64,000 bases of DNA from an uncultured Dehalococcoidia bacterium (GTDB lineage: Bacteria > Chloroflexota > Dehalococcoidia > Lucifugimonadales > UBA1127), in NCBI GenBank assembly GCA_913049785.1, contig CAJWXP010000006.1, positions 5,538-69,537 on the forward strand, written 5' to 3'. Under the pieces are notes generated by a model. It was not told where the DNA came from and did no database searches. It was given only the letters and a program-made list of their open reading frames with translations. A program made the translations under genes and the position numbers. Shown here in pieces: positions 47,756 through 57,865 of this stretch (position 1 is the first letter of the stretch; the number at the start of each line of letters is the position of its first letter).

Positions 47756-49027
47756 ATGTTAAGCGAGAGGGACAATAATCTCTTCACCAGGGTCGGCCCT
47801 GGAACACCCATGGGCGAGTTGATTCGTCGATTCTGGATTCCGGGGTTATTGGAAGAAGAGGTACCTGAACCCGATTCACCTCCTGTTCGCCTTCGACTCC
47901 TTGGCGAGGACCTGGTGGCGTTCCGTGACACCAACGACAAAATAGGCATCCTGGACAACTACTGCCCTCACCGTCGAGCGAGCTTGTTCTTCGGTCGCAA
48001 CGAGGAGTGTGGCCTACGTTGCGTCTACCACGGCTGGAAGTTCGATGTGAACGGTGACTGTATCGACATGCCGTCAGAACCAGCAGAGAGCAACTTCAAG
48101 GACAAGGTGAAGATTAAGGCGTACGCGGCTGTGATCCGCGGAGGGGTCGTCTGGGTCTACATGGGGCCCCCGGAAATCACGCCGACTCCGCCGGAGTTTG
48201 AGTGGTCTCTGCTGCCCGCCGATCAACGTGCTGCCAGTAAACGTCTTGAGGAATGCAACTGGGCGCAGGCTGTTGAGGGCGGCATAGACTCAAGCCACAT
48301 CTCGTTCCTTCACCGCAACCTGGCGGACCTAAAGGCGGACAGACCCAAAACGCTGCACCAGAAATATGCAGGCCAGGACCGTTCACCCTCCTTCACGCTC
48401 AAGGACACCGACTACGGCTTTCTTGTAGGCGCAAGGCGATCCGCAGAGAACGCCCAACATTATTGGCGAATATCCCAGTTCCTTGTTCCGTTCTACACCA
48501 TGATCCCCCCGGTGCTGGTTGAAGACACAGACTCCCGGAACTCCGGTTATGGGGGTCACGCCTGGGTCCCGATAGACGATGAGAACACATGGACATGGAA
48601 CTTCAGTTGCAACCCTCATCGACCGTATCCTGCCGAGCGACGGGAAGGCGGGCTTGAGGAGCAACTGGATGCGAAGTACCGGCCAATTCGCAACAAGGAC
48701 AACGATTACGAACTGAGCCGAGACATGCAGAAGAACGTCAACTTTACGGGCATCGTCGGCATCAACACCCAGGACAGGGCTGTACAAGAGAGCATGGGCA
48801 ACATAGTCGATCGCACAGCTGAGCATCTTGGTACGACTGATGCTGCTGTCATTGCGTTCCGCAAACGGCTGATCGGTCTTGCGATGTCGCTTCAAGAAGG
48901 CGTTGAGCCAGCGGAAGCAGCGAACGGCGACTGGTATCAGGTGCGCTCTGCATCAGCCATCCTTAACCACGACGTTGTGTTTAATGAGGGTGCTGCACAT
49001 CTCTTGGAGGCAACCACCCAGAAATAA
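47756..49027 (+). CDS. Rieske non-heme-iron oxygenase alpha subunit
   Basis: CPHRRASLFFG..CVYHGWKF and NWAQAVEGGIDSSHISFLH are present. GGGAGGGG lies upstream of the ATG. Confidence 0.9.
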   Translation: MLSERDNNLFTRVGPGTPMGELIRRFWIPGLLEEEVPEPDSPPVRLRLLGEDLVAFRDTNDKIGILDNYCPHRRASLFFGRNEECGLRCVYHGWKFDVNGDCIDMPSEPAESNFKDKVKIKAYAAVIRGGVVWVYMGPPEITPTPPEFEWSLLPADQRAASKRLEECNWAQAVEGGIDSSHISFLHRNLADLKADRPKTLHQKYAGQDRSPSFTLKDTDYGFLVGARRSAENAQHYWRISQFLVPFYTMIPPVLVEDTDSRNSGYGGHAWVPIDDENTWTWNFSCNPHRPYPAERREGGLEEQLDAKYRPIRNKDNDYELSRDMQKNVNFTGIVGINTQDRAVQESMGNIVDRTAEHLGTTDAAVIAFRKRLIGLAMSLQEGVEPAEAANGDWYQVRSASAILNHDVVFNEGAAHLLEATTQK

Positions 49028-49182
49028 CAAGGTGTTTGGGTTCGTCATTGGAAGGGCAAGCGCAATTACACCTCCGGCGCAATACCGGGGGTGTAATGAT
49101 GTTCGGGTCGCTGAGGCAGCAAGGTTCAGCCAGACAACACAGGTACTTTGGCAATATTATGTAGCACACAGGGGGAAGGGCG

Positions 49183-50766
49183 ATGGCGTTGGACGAAAAC
49201 ATTCGCGAGGTGTTGGACTACCATCGCGCCACCAACCACTCGGTGGAAAGCGTCCAAGTCAATAACCAAACCCTGGACTTCTCCAACCTACCGAGAACGT
49301 ACAAACTCTATCGGAAGCTCCAATCGGTACCACTCCCGGAAGAGCAATTGACGTCCACTCTGCCCGCCCTGACAGCTCTATCGGGCTACAGTGCAACACC
49401 GCCTTCAACGTCGATTCCCGACCTAGCAACTCTTGCGACGCTGCTTAAGCTATCGGCAGGGATCACCAAATGGCTGACCGTTCCCAACGGGAAGATGGCC
49501 TTTCGCGCGGCCTCGTGCACGGGCGCTATGTACCATATCGAGTTGTACGTGGTCTGCGGTGAGTTGGAAGGACTTCCGGCCGGGGTCTATCAATACGGCG
49601 TTCACGACAACGCTCTCAGGCGCGTCCGATCCGGTGATTTCCGGGGCGCGCTTGCAGCACCCACAGCGGACAATGACGGCATGGCTAACGCTCCTGCGAC
49701 GATCGTCTACACCAGCGTGTTTTGGCGTAACGCATGGAAATATCAGGATCGCGCCTACCGCCATGCGTTCTGGGACAGCGGCACCATCCTGGCAAACACC
49801 CTTGCTGTGGCCGCCAGCCATAGCCTATCTGCCAGCGTCGTCACCGGCTTCATCGACGAATCTGTGAATCGTGTGGTGGATGTCGATGGCGCCAAAGAGG
49901 CTGCCCTCTTTTTGGTCCTTCTCGGACATGAGCCTTCGACGCGAGCACTAATGATGCCTGCTCCCGAGCGAGCGAGGCTGGAGACTCTCCCCTACTCGCC
50001 TCAGGAGGTGAACTATCCGCTCATCTGCTCCACCCACGCAGCGGCGTCCTTCAAAGACACCGCCGAAGTTGAGATATGGCGGGCGTCCGCGTTCACAGCG
50101 AATCCATTCATTCCAGGGGGAGACGTAAAACCACTGGAAGTCGCAACCAACACCTCCCCTCTCCAGGAGTCGGTTGATGAAGTCATCCTCCGGCGAGGCT
50201 CCACCCGTCGATTTCAGGAGGCGCCTATCAGCTACGGGGAGCTCTCTACGATGCTGGCAACCGCCACAGTGGGCATACCCGGTGACTACGTAAAAGAAGC
50301 CGGGTCTTCGTTAAACGACATATACCTCATCGTCAATGCTGTTGAGGGGCTGTTGAGGGGTACGTACGTCTACCATCGCAGTTCACAGGCGTTGGAACTT
50401 CTACGAGAGGGTCAGTTCAGGGATGAAGCAGGCCACTTAGGGCTTGGCCAGGCATTGGCCCATGACGCGGCGGTCAATGTGTATTTCATGTCAGACCTGG
50501 AAGGCGTCACGGAACGCCTCGGGCCTCGCGGCTACAGGGCTGCGCAGCTTGACGCCAGTGCCACCGCTGGCAGGCTCTACCTCTCGGCGTACGCACTTGG
50601 TCTCGGCGCCTCCGGCCTCACCTTCTTCGACGACGAGGTGACGGAGTTCTTCACTCCTCACGCGGCTGGAAAGGCTGTCATGTTTCTGGTTCTGCTGGGC
50701 GTACCGGCGTCCCGAAAACATGTAGATCGTGAGCGCAATTGGTTTACTTCGAAGACTCCAAAATAG
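49183..50766 (+). CDS. SagB/ThcOx-like double nitroreductase-fold flavoprotein
   Basis: 527 aa with N-terminal YH.ATNHS. Two nitroreductase-like halves are apparent (..AASCTGAMYHIELYV.. and ..RRGSTRRF..). The family call is from memory. Confidence 0.6.
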   Translation: MALDENIREVLDYHRATNHSVESVQVNNQTLDFSNLPRTYKLYRKLQSVPLPEEQLTSTLPALTALSGYSATPPSTSIPDLATLATLLKLSAGITKWLTVPNGKMAFRAASCTGAMYHIELYVVCGELEGLPAGVYQYGVHDNALRRVRSGDFRGALAAPTADNDGMANAPATIVYTSVFWRNAWKYQDRAYRHAFWDSGTILANTLAVAASHSLSASVVTGFIDESVNRVVDVDGAKEAALFLVLLGHEPSTRALMMPAPERARLETLPYSPQEVNYPLICSTHAAASFKDTAEVEIWRASAFTANPFIPGGDVKPLEVATNTSPLQESVDEVILRRGSTRRFQEAPISYGELSTMLATATVGIPGDYVKEAGSSLNDIYLIVNAVEGLLRGTYVYHRSSQALELLREGQFRDEAGHLGLGQALAHDAAVNVYFMSDLEGVTERLGPRGYRAAQLDASATAGRLYLSAYALGLGASGLTFFDDEVTEFFTPHAAGKAVMFLVLLGVPASRKHVDRERNWFTSKTPK

Positions 50767-50916
50767 TGCTGACCCTGCAATGTGATACCCCGAGTGGAAT
50801 CGCTATTCCCAATTGGAATGACACCTATCAATCAGTATGCCTTGACACAAGATTTCTCCCGTCCCATACTTCACCCAATACCCCTGACTGGGGTGATTTA
50901 AACGTGGAGGCTTCTT

Positions 50917-51798
50917 ATGGCAAAGTTCCGTATTATGCCCCATAGCCGCCTACAGGAGTGGGTAGCAGAGGAAAAGGGGTACTTCGCTGACGAAGGACTC
51001 GACTATGAGTTCCTACGTTCCAGACAGCAGTCTGCACAGCCTAGTGTCACTTCCAGTGACCAGGCACCTGTAGAAGTCAAACGTGGTGCATTTGAAGGAA
51101 TGAAAGAAGGACGTGCCTGCGAGATCAGTTCCGCTTGCCACTGGGCCATCAATATGGCGGCCCACGGTGAGCACGGTCGCATGTGGGGACACGCCTACTC
51201 AGTAACACCGTCCGGTATTTGGGTAGCTCCTGAGTCTGACATCAAGTCGCCTGAGGATCTAAAGGGCGTTGATGTAGCAGTGGGTTATCACTCCGGCAGC
51301 CACTTCTCAGCCATCCAGGCCCTGGAGCCCTTCTTGGCCAAGGATGACATCAAGCTCCAGTTCGTGGGCGGCCCCGTTGACCGGGCGCAACTCTCCCTGG
51401 ACCGTCGAGTGAAGGCTGCTAACGTATTCGGCACCCCATCATATGTGTTGGAGCAGCAGGGGTTCCGAAAGATCGTGGACACCAGCTTCATGATCGGCTT
51501 CCTCATCAACGGCGATGCCACAGACGAGCAGCTCTGGGGATACTTCAATGCCCTACAGAGCGCCCAGCGTGAGATCGACGTTGCCAAGGAGCTCTACCAG
51601 CACTACTTCCTCAACGAGCTTCCTGAGAAGTTCCATCAGTACTTCGACTACCGGAAGGCTGGTATCGGCGAGCGGTTGGTCTTTGAGCCCTACACTAAGG
51701 AAACGTTTGACCGCACCCACCGGTGGATGTTGGAGTGGGGTATGTTCGATGATGACCAGGTAGGCCACTCATCCTACGAGGATGTTGTCGCCGTATAG
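50917..51798 (+). CDS. NMT1/THI5-like protein, no signal peptide (third, more distant paralog)
   Basis: It shares GYHSGSHFSAIQALE and YTKETFDRTHRWMLEWG with the 32920 and 35342 proteins. Confidence 0.55.
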   Translation: MAKFRIMPHSRLQEWVAEEKGYFADEGLDYEFLRSRQQSAQPSVTSSDQAPVEVKRGAFEGMKEGRACEISSACHWAINMAAHGEHGRMWGHAYSVTPSGIWVAPESDIKSPEDLKGVDVAVGYHSGSHFSAIQALEPFLAKDDIKLQFVGGPVDRAQLSLDRRVKAANVFGTPSYVLEQQGFRKIVDTSFMIGFLINGDATDEQLWGYFNALQSAQREIDVAKELYQHYFLNELPEKFHQYFDYRKAGIGERLVFEPYTKETFDRTHRWMLEWGMFDDDQVGHSSYEDVVAV

Positions 51799-52035
51799 TC
51801 CTTGACCCGAATCGGAAAAATCTTTCCTTAGTAGCATAAGGCGGGGCCAGTGCATTGATGACCAGATTGGTTGTCAGAGCCTGGCCCCGCTTTCACGCCA
51901 CCCTGGATTCACTTACCCACACCGTTGACCCTCATGGTCTGTTACTTCAAGGTTATGTTCCCACCACGTTGACATGTCTCAATGCCGGGATTACTTTGCG
52001 GGGCAAGGAGCGGATGAATACATTGGGAGGGAACC

Positions 52036-52378
52036 ATGCTGCCACAAGAAGAGAACGAACTACTGAGTAGGGTAGGCCCCTGGACTCCCATGGGGGAGCT
52101 GATTGCGACACTACTGGAACACTATCAGCAACAGCTGGTTCCAGCCTGACTGGACGTTGGGCGAAGACACGATAGAGAAAGACCTGGCAGCGTTCACGTG
52201 GACTTCGCGTGACGATGTTAGTGGTGGCCCTGTGTTCGGAGTGCTGCTAATCACGTCATCGGAGGAAGGGCAGCGGTGGGTACGCTTGTGGACCGGTGGC
52301 TCCAGCGAAGTTGCGTCCAGGATGATTGTCGAGCAGCGGCTGATTCCCGTTGAGCCCATACCGGTGCCAACGCGCTGA
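52036..52378 (+). pseudogene. relic of a Rieske oxygenase gene
   Basis: MLPQEENELLSRVGPWTPMGELI matches the conserved N-terminus of the six intact paralogs. The frame then slips (..RHYW..), and the rest keeps only faint LGED..AF similarity. No Rieske Cys/His motif remains. Confidence 0.4.
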
Positions 52379-52428
52379 ATCCCTTGAGGTCACACCTCAG
52401 ATAGGCGACAATCAAGCATCATCGTTCA

Positions 52429-52977
52429 ATGGAGAAAATATTCGCAATGAAGAACCGGCTCACACTATTCGCACTCACTTTAGCCCTACTGGTGGTTCTT
52501 GCCGCATGTGGCGACAAAACGACACTGACAACGAGCTCCCCCGATACATCGGGCGAACCAGGGGAGGCGGTATCAAAGTATTTTGACGACGACGGGAATA
52601 CCGTAGGGCAAGTCTTTGTGAGGGCAGGGAGTGTCCAAACCGATGGTTATGTCTCGCTCTTTGTCGAGATACCCATAACCCCGGACAGGTTCTATCGTCT
52701 CAATTCGTTTTCACTTGAGTTCGTATCGGAGAAAGATCAACCCTCAATATTGGTGGAGCCGTCAGGCCAGTTGTTCAACGGAATGGAGTTCTCGCAGATC
52801 GACAATGTTGTGAGGATCGGTGTTCCCTACGCCGGTAAGCGTGGCAACAGCACCATACTGATCAACTTCTTGGCCGAAAGCGGCGCTTTCGCTGGCGATG
52901 GTCTGAGGCTTAACTCCATGCTGGAGATGGATAGTGGAATCGGCAAGGCCAGTCTGTTTATCAAGCCAGCGCCGTAA
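52429..52977 (+). CDS. hypothetical lipoprotein
   Basis: The signal peptide and lipobox read LVVLAAC. No other motif was recognised. Confidence 0.5.
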   Translation: MEKIFAMKNRLTLFALTLALLVVLAACGDKTTLTTSSPDTSGEPGEAVSKYFDDDGNTVGQVFVRAGSVQTDGYVSLFVEIPITPDRFYRLNSFSLEFVSEKDQPSILVEPSGQLFNGMEFSQIDNVVRIGVPYAGKRGNSTILINFLAESGAFAGDGLRLNSMLEMDSGIGKASLFIKPAP

Positions 52978-52980
52978 CTG

Positions 52981-54009
52981 CTAGCTCCAGATGATAGTCG
53001 ACTTGCCGGCGTTACCCGCCTCAAACAGCATGAATGCCTCTTCAACGTTGTCCAGAGAATACCGGTGGAGCAACAGGCTCTTGAGGGGTATGTTGCGATC
53101 GATGATGTAATGCCCCAGTTCCTCCAACACCACTGTGCTGAAGGTCCAGGAACCCAACAGCGTGACCTGTCGATGGATGATGTCATTGGTGGCATCTTCA
53201 AAGTTCACGCCGCCGCCTTCACCCACGAAACAGGCACGGCCCCAAACACGGGTAGACAGCACGGCCGTTCGCCTGACTGCACCCACGCCTGACGCATCCA
53301 GAGACGCCTCCGCGCCCTTGCCATGGGTTATCTCGTTGATGGCCTCTACCGGATCGACGGCCATGGGGTCTATCGCGTGGGACGCGCCTAGTTTCAGTGC
53401 AAGCTCACGCCTCTCGGCGATGGGATCGATAGCGATCACGTTGGCGCCCGTGGCTGCTCCGAACAGCGTGGCGTTCAGGCCCACCGGCCCCTGGCCGAAC
53501 ACCGCAAAGGTGTCTCTTCCTGACACGCCCAACCGCTTTAGAGCCTGGTAGGCCGTTCCGGTGCCGCATGAGCATGCAGCGCCCTCTTCGTACGTCAGTG
53601 ATTCAGGCATTGGCACGCACATGTGGGCTTCAACCAGCTGGTAGTCAGCGAATCCGCCGTGGGCCTGGGAGCCATAGAGGGTCATCCCGTTCTGGCAAAG
53701 CTGCGCCCAGCCGGAAAGGCAATGCTCACAGTGTCCGCAGCCGCTATAATGGTGCACCATGACTCGGTCGCCTATCTTGAGGGTACGGACGTCAGGGCCA
53801 AGCTCCACCACCTCGCCACACGGTTCGTGGCCTCCGATGACGCTTGCTCGAGCACCCAGCCCGTCCAGCGTGGAGCGGTACGGACGCAGGTCGCTTCCAC
53901 AGAGGCCGGTGGCCTTCATTTTCACGATGACCTGGCTAGCGCTGGGTGTCGGGTCCGGGAAGTCCCTGAGCCCAACCTTTTTGTCGCCAAGGAACAGCAT
54001 GCCGTGCAT
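52981..54009 (-). CDS. zinc-dependent alcohol dehydrogenase family (sorbitol/threonine DH-like)
   Basis: GLCGSDL, GHEPCGEV, the structural-zinc Cys cluster C..C..C....C (CGHCEHCLSGWAQLC) and GQGPVG are present. Confidence 0.85.
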   Translation of the reverse strand: MHGMLFLGDKKVGLRDFPDPTPSASQVIVKMKATGLCGSDLRPYRSTLDGLGARASVIGGHEPCGEVVELGPDVRTLKIGDRVMVHHYSGCGHCEHCLSGWAQLCQNGMTLYGSQAHGGFADYQLVEAHMCVPMPESLTYEEGAACSCGTGTAYQALKRLGVSGRDTFAVFGQGPVGLNATLFGAATGANVIAIDPIAERRELALKLGASHAIDPMAVDPVEAINEITHGKGAEASLDASGVGAVRRTAVLSTRVWGRACFVGEGGGVNFEDATNDIIHRQVTLLGSWTFSTVVLEELGHYIIDRNIPLKSLLLHRYSLDNVEEAFMLFEAGNAGKSTIIWS

Positions 54010-54043
54010 CTAATCTCTCCTGTTTCCCTACAGTCCTCGTAAG

Positions 54044-56710
54044 TTACTCGTTATCAGTTATGACCACTACCACGGGCCCAATAGCCTTAAGCTCTGCTTC
54101 GATCGCAGCCCTGTCTCCTACAACAAGCAACGTCAGCCCGTCCTTGTTCAAACGCTCGTTGGCTACCCGCTGCACATCAGCCAGGGTCACCGCATCGATC
54201 TTGGCCGGAAACGTGGCTAGATACTCATGAGACAGCCCGTATTGCACGATAGGGCTCAATTGGCCGAGCATCTGCCAGGGGGTCTCGAACGACGATGGGT
54301 AGCTCTGGAGCAGCGCGTCTTTCGCTGCCTGGAACTCGGCTTCCTCAACGGGCCGGGATCCGATGACCTCTGAGATCTCCTTCAACGTCTCCACAACAGC
54401 GAGCGCAGTCACCTCGGTCTGTACGGAGCCACCCACCATGAACGTGGAAGCAGTCTTGTGCCACTCTATCCATGAACGGTAGCCGTAGCTATACCCCTTA
54501 TCCTGACGGAGGTTCATGTTGAGCCGAGCCGTGAACTGCCCGCCAAACAGATGGTCGAACACCATGAGCGGGAAGTAATCAGGGTCATCCCTCAATAGGC
54601 CAAGTACGCCTCCCCGAATCACCGACTGTGCGGCACCCGGCTTGTCGAATAGGTAGATGGTCGTCTTATCCCTGGCGATACCAGCGAAATCCTTAGCCTT
54701 CCCATTCCCCGGTACGAGCGTTTGAGACGTCACATCCCAGCTACCAAAGGTCTCCTCTGCCAGCTTCATCGCTTCTTCCAGAGTGACATCGCCGGTCACC
54801 GCCAACGTCGCCGCAGAGGGGTTGAAGCTGCTCTGGAAATATCCCAGCAAGTCGTCCCTGTTCATCTTTTCAAGCGAAGCTTCTGTCCCATAAACGGGAT
54901 GGCCGTACGGGCTTTGTCCACCGTACATGAGCGCTGAGAACTCCCGGCCCGCCACTGACGTAGCATCGTCCTGCATGCGGCGGAGGTCCATGACGGTCTC
55001 GTTCTTCACCCTGGTGAGTTCCGACTCAGGAAACACCGAGTGCATCAGCAAGTCGCCCACAAGGCTCAGCGCCTTGGGCCACTCCCTGGTCAGCGTTGAG
55101 ACAGAAAACGATGTCTGCTCCCTGCCTGCATTGATGCCAAGCCGGGTGCCCATAAACTCAAACTCCTCAGCGATCTGGTTGCTTGTACGGCTCTCTGTTC
55201 CTTCTTGGAGCATATCGCCCGTGATATACGCCAGTCCGGGCAACTCGCTGGGGTCTGAGAAAGCTCCAGAAGCAAGCAACACGGCGAAGGACACGGCAGG
55301 AACGCCGCGCTTCTCCGCAACGATGACTTGAAGGCCGTTGGCCAACCGACCGCTCTGCAGCGTTGGAGGTGTGAACGGTCGAGGCTCGCTGGCGACTGGT
55401 TGCACAGTGCGATCCACCGGTGGGGCTGGCTTGGGCTGGGTCGAACGCGAGGCCTCAGGCATCACAACGAACTTCACGCTAGGATCGTTAAAATACTTGT
55501 TTGCAACACGGTGGACATCCTCTGGTAGCACGGCTAGATATCGCTCGATATCAGTGTTCAGGAGGTCCGGGTCTCCCGCGTAGATATTGAAGGAGTTCAG
55601 CTGGTTCGCGATCCCGCCGAACCCGCCAACGTTGGCCAGTTGCCGTACGTGTCCCCACTCGATCCTGTTCTTGATGCGGGTGACTTCCTCTTCCGTAGGC
55701 GGCTGCTTGCGTAGACCATCAATCACAGCCATTGCCTCGCTGATAGCCTCGTCCGTGGAGTGGCCATCGGCGATCGTAGCATCGAACTGAATATCCCCTG
55801 CCAGCTCCGCAGTGCCGCTGCGGATGTTCACGCTCTGGACGATCTGCTTCTCATACACCATCTTCTGGTGGAACCGGGAACTGCGACCGTCACTCATGAT
55901 GTCACACAGGACATCAAGGGCTGCCTCATCGGGGTGGAAGCGCGGAACCCCAGGCCAGACCAGGTAACCCCGCGCCAGGTTCACATTGTCGTAGAGTGTC
56001 CGCTCAACCATTCCTGCCCGAGGAGCTTCCAACGGTTGCGACAGCGGCACAGCTTGACCGCCCACCAGGTCAGCAAAGTACTTCTCGACGAGGCGGTTCA
56101 CGTCATCGAACTCGAAATCCCCTGCGATGGACAGGCTAGCGTTCGCAGGCCCGTAGTACTGTCGATAGAAAGCATGGCAATCCTCAAGGGAAGCCGCGTT
56201 CAGGTCGTCCATGTAGCCGATGACCGGCCAATGGTACGGGTGGGGGCTGGCGTATATGGCCTCTTGAAGCTCCAGGCTTGCAATGCCGTAGGGTCGGTTC
56301 TCGTAGCTCTGTCGACGCTCGTTCTTGACCACGTCTCGCTGGACATCGAACCGCTTCTGGTCAAGGGCTTCCAGCAGGAAGCCCATACGGTCAGACTCAA
56401 GCCACAAGGCCAGCTCCAGGTAGTTTGACGGCACGTTCTCCCAGTAGTTAGTCCGATCCGTGGTGGTGGAGCCATTAAGCGAGGCCCCTATCTCCTGAAG
56501 GGGGCCGAAGTGGCTGCTGTTATGGTGTTTGGTCCCTTCAAACATCAGGTGCTCAAACAGATGTGCAAACCCCGTCCTGCCGGGTTGCTCAACCTTGGAA
56601 CCCACGTGGTACCAGACGTTGACGGAGACTACGGGGAGGGACCTGTCCTGATGCAAAATGACATCAAGTCCATTGGAAAGTGTTGTTTTCCGAAAAGGGA
56701 TGCGGTCCAT
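54044..56710 (-). CDS. M16 (pitrilysin/insulinase) family zinc peptidase, duplicated
   Basis: The inverted zinc motif is HLFEHLMFEG. The 888-aa protein has two M16 active/inactive domain pairs. Confidence 0.85.
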   Translation of the reverse strand: MDRIPFRKTTLSNGLDVILHQDRSLPVVSVNVWYHVGSKVEQPGRTGFAHLFEHLMFEGTKHHNSSHFGPLQEIGASLNGSTTTDRTNYWENVPSNYLELALWLESDRMGFLLEALDQKRFDVQRDVVKNERRQSYENRPYGIASLELQEAIYASPHPYHWPVIGYMDDLNAASLEDCHAFYRQYYGPANASLSIAGDFEFDDVNRLVEKYFADLVGGQAVPLSQPLEAPRAGMVERTLYDNVNLARGYLVWPGVPRFHPDEAALDVLCDIMSDGRSSRFHQKMVYEKQIVQSVNIRSGTAELAGDIQFDATIADGHSTDEAISEAMAVIDGLRKQPPTEEEVTRIKNRIEWGHVRQLANVGGFGGIANQLNSFNIYAGDPDLLNTDIERYLAVLPEDVHRVANKYFNDPSVKFVVMPEASRSTQPKPAPPVDRTVQPVASEPRPFTPPTLQSGRLANGLQVIVAEKRGVPAVSFAVLLASGAFSDPSELPGLAYITGDMLQEGTESRTSNQIAEEFEFMGTRLGINAGREQTSFSVSTLTREWPKALSLVGDLLMHSVFPESELTRVKNETVMDLRRMQDDATSVAGREFSALMYGGQSPYGHPVYGTEASLEKMNRDDLLGYFQSSFNPSAATLAVTGDVTLEEAMKLAEETFGSWDVTSQTLVPGNGKAKDFAGIARDKTTIYLFDKPGAAQSVIRGGVLGLLRDDPDYFPLMVFDHLFGGQFTARLNMNLRQDKGYSYGYRSWIEWHKTASTFMVGGSVQTEVTALAVVETLKEISEVIGSRPVEEAEFQAAKDALLQSYPSSFETPWQMLGQLSPIVQYGLSHEYLATFPAKIDAVTLADVQRVANERLNKDGLTLLVVGDRAAIEAELKAIGPVVVVITDNE

Positions 56711-57021
56711 GTGAACTCCTGCAAGCTAAGTTGGAATAGGTGACTCAGACAGTCTAGCAAACCTCTGGGAGATTGTCCTTTCGGTCGAGGTCTTCGGCTC
56801 CCACCAATAATAGCAATACAACCCCCAACGTAGATGCTGAGGGCTGTGTCATGCCTACCGATTCAATGCTGCTAAAGCGAGGGGCCATGAGTCCATAATG
56901 CCCCAAACCTAAAATGGGCGTAGAACTCAGCTATTCACTGTGAGATGATGTGCGCGACACCAGCATCGCTTCGGCGCGGGTATCGCATTATCGAACAAAT
57001 GAACAGTTGGGAGTGACAGAA

Positions 57022-57780
57022 ATGGAAGCTAACGAAAAAGTCGCCATCATCACCGGGGCTAGTAGTGGGATTGGGAAGCAGACTGCGCTCGCCCTCCTGA
57101 AGCTTGGCTACTCAGTAGTGCTGGCAGCAAGAAGGGCGGAACTCCTGGAGCAGACGGTCAAGGAATCCGGAGTCGCTGCCTCTAAATCCCTGGCGGTGAC
57201 TACCGACGTCAGCGATCCTGATTCGGTGAAGGCTCTGTTCGCCAAGACCAAAGAGGCCTTTGGGCGACTGGATCTGCTATTCAACAACGCAGGAGTCTTC
57301 TCACCTCGGGACCCGCTTGAGGACCTGACGTTTGAGCAGTGGAAGACCGTGGTGGACATTAACCTCACAGGGGTTTTCCTCTGCACTCAGGAAGCATTCA
57401 AGATCATGAAGGCTCAAACGCCTATGGGCGGGCGCATCATCAACAACGGTTCGATTTCAGCTCATGCGCCAAGGCCGAACTCTGCGCCGTACACCGCCAC
57501 CAAACACGCCGTGACCGGTCTCACCAAGTCCACGTCCCTTGACGGCAGGAAGTACGACATTGCCTGCGGTCAGATCGACATTGGAAACGCGGAGACGGAG
57601 CGGACCGCGGGCAACACCGCTGGAAACCCCCAGCCCAACGGAGATATCGTCGTTGAGGCTACCATGACCTCTGAACAGGCTGCCCAGGCCGTTGTTCACA
57701 TGGACAGCCTACCCCTGACGTCCAACGTGCAGTTCATGACCATCATGGGCACCAAGATGCCCTTTATCGGCAGGGCGTAG
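57022..57780 (+). CDS. short-chain dehydrogenase/reductase
   Basis: [12 protein letters not shown] and YTATKHA (YxxxK) are present. The start is ATG at 57022. Confidence 0.85.
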   Translation: MEANEKVAIITGASSGIGKQTALALLKLGYSVVLAARRAELLEQTVKESGVAASKSLAVTTDVSDPDSVKALFAKTKEAFGRLDLLFNNAGVFSPRDPLEDLTFEQWKTVVDINLTGVFLCTQEAFKIMKAQTPMGGRIINNGSISAHAPRPNSAPYTATKHAVTGLTKSTSLDGRKYDIACGQIDIGNAETERTAGNTAGNPQPNGDIVVEATMTSEQAAQAVVHMDSLPLTSNVQFMTIMGTKMPFIGRA

Positions 57781-57813
57781 CGCGGAGTCGCACTCGTTCC
57801 AAGCCAGTCAACG

Positions 57814-57850
57814 AACAGGGACCGTGCATCTGCACGGTCCCTGTTTTGTT
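57814..57850. terminator. intrinsic terminator between convergent genes
   Basis: AACAGGGACCGTGCA and TGCACGGTCCCTGTT form the hairpin, followed by TTGTT. Confidence 0.65.
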
Positions 57851-57865
57851 CACCAATGTGTTTAC

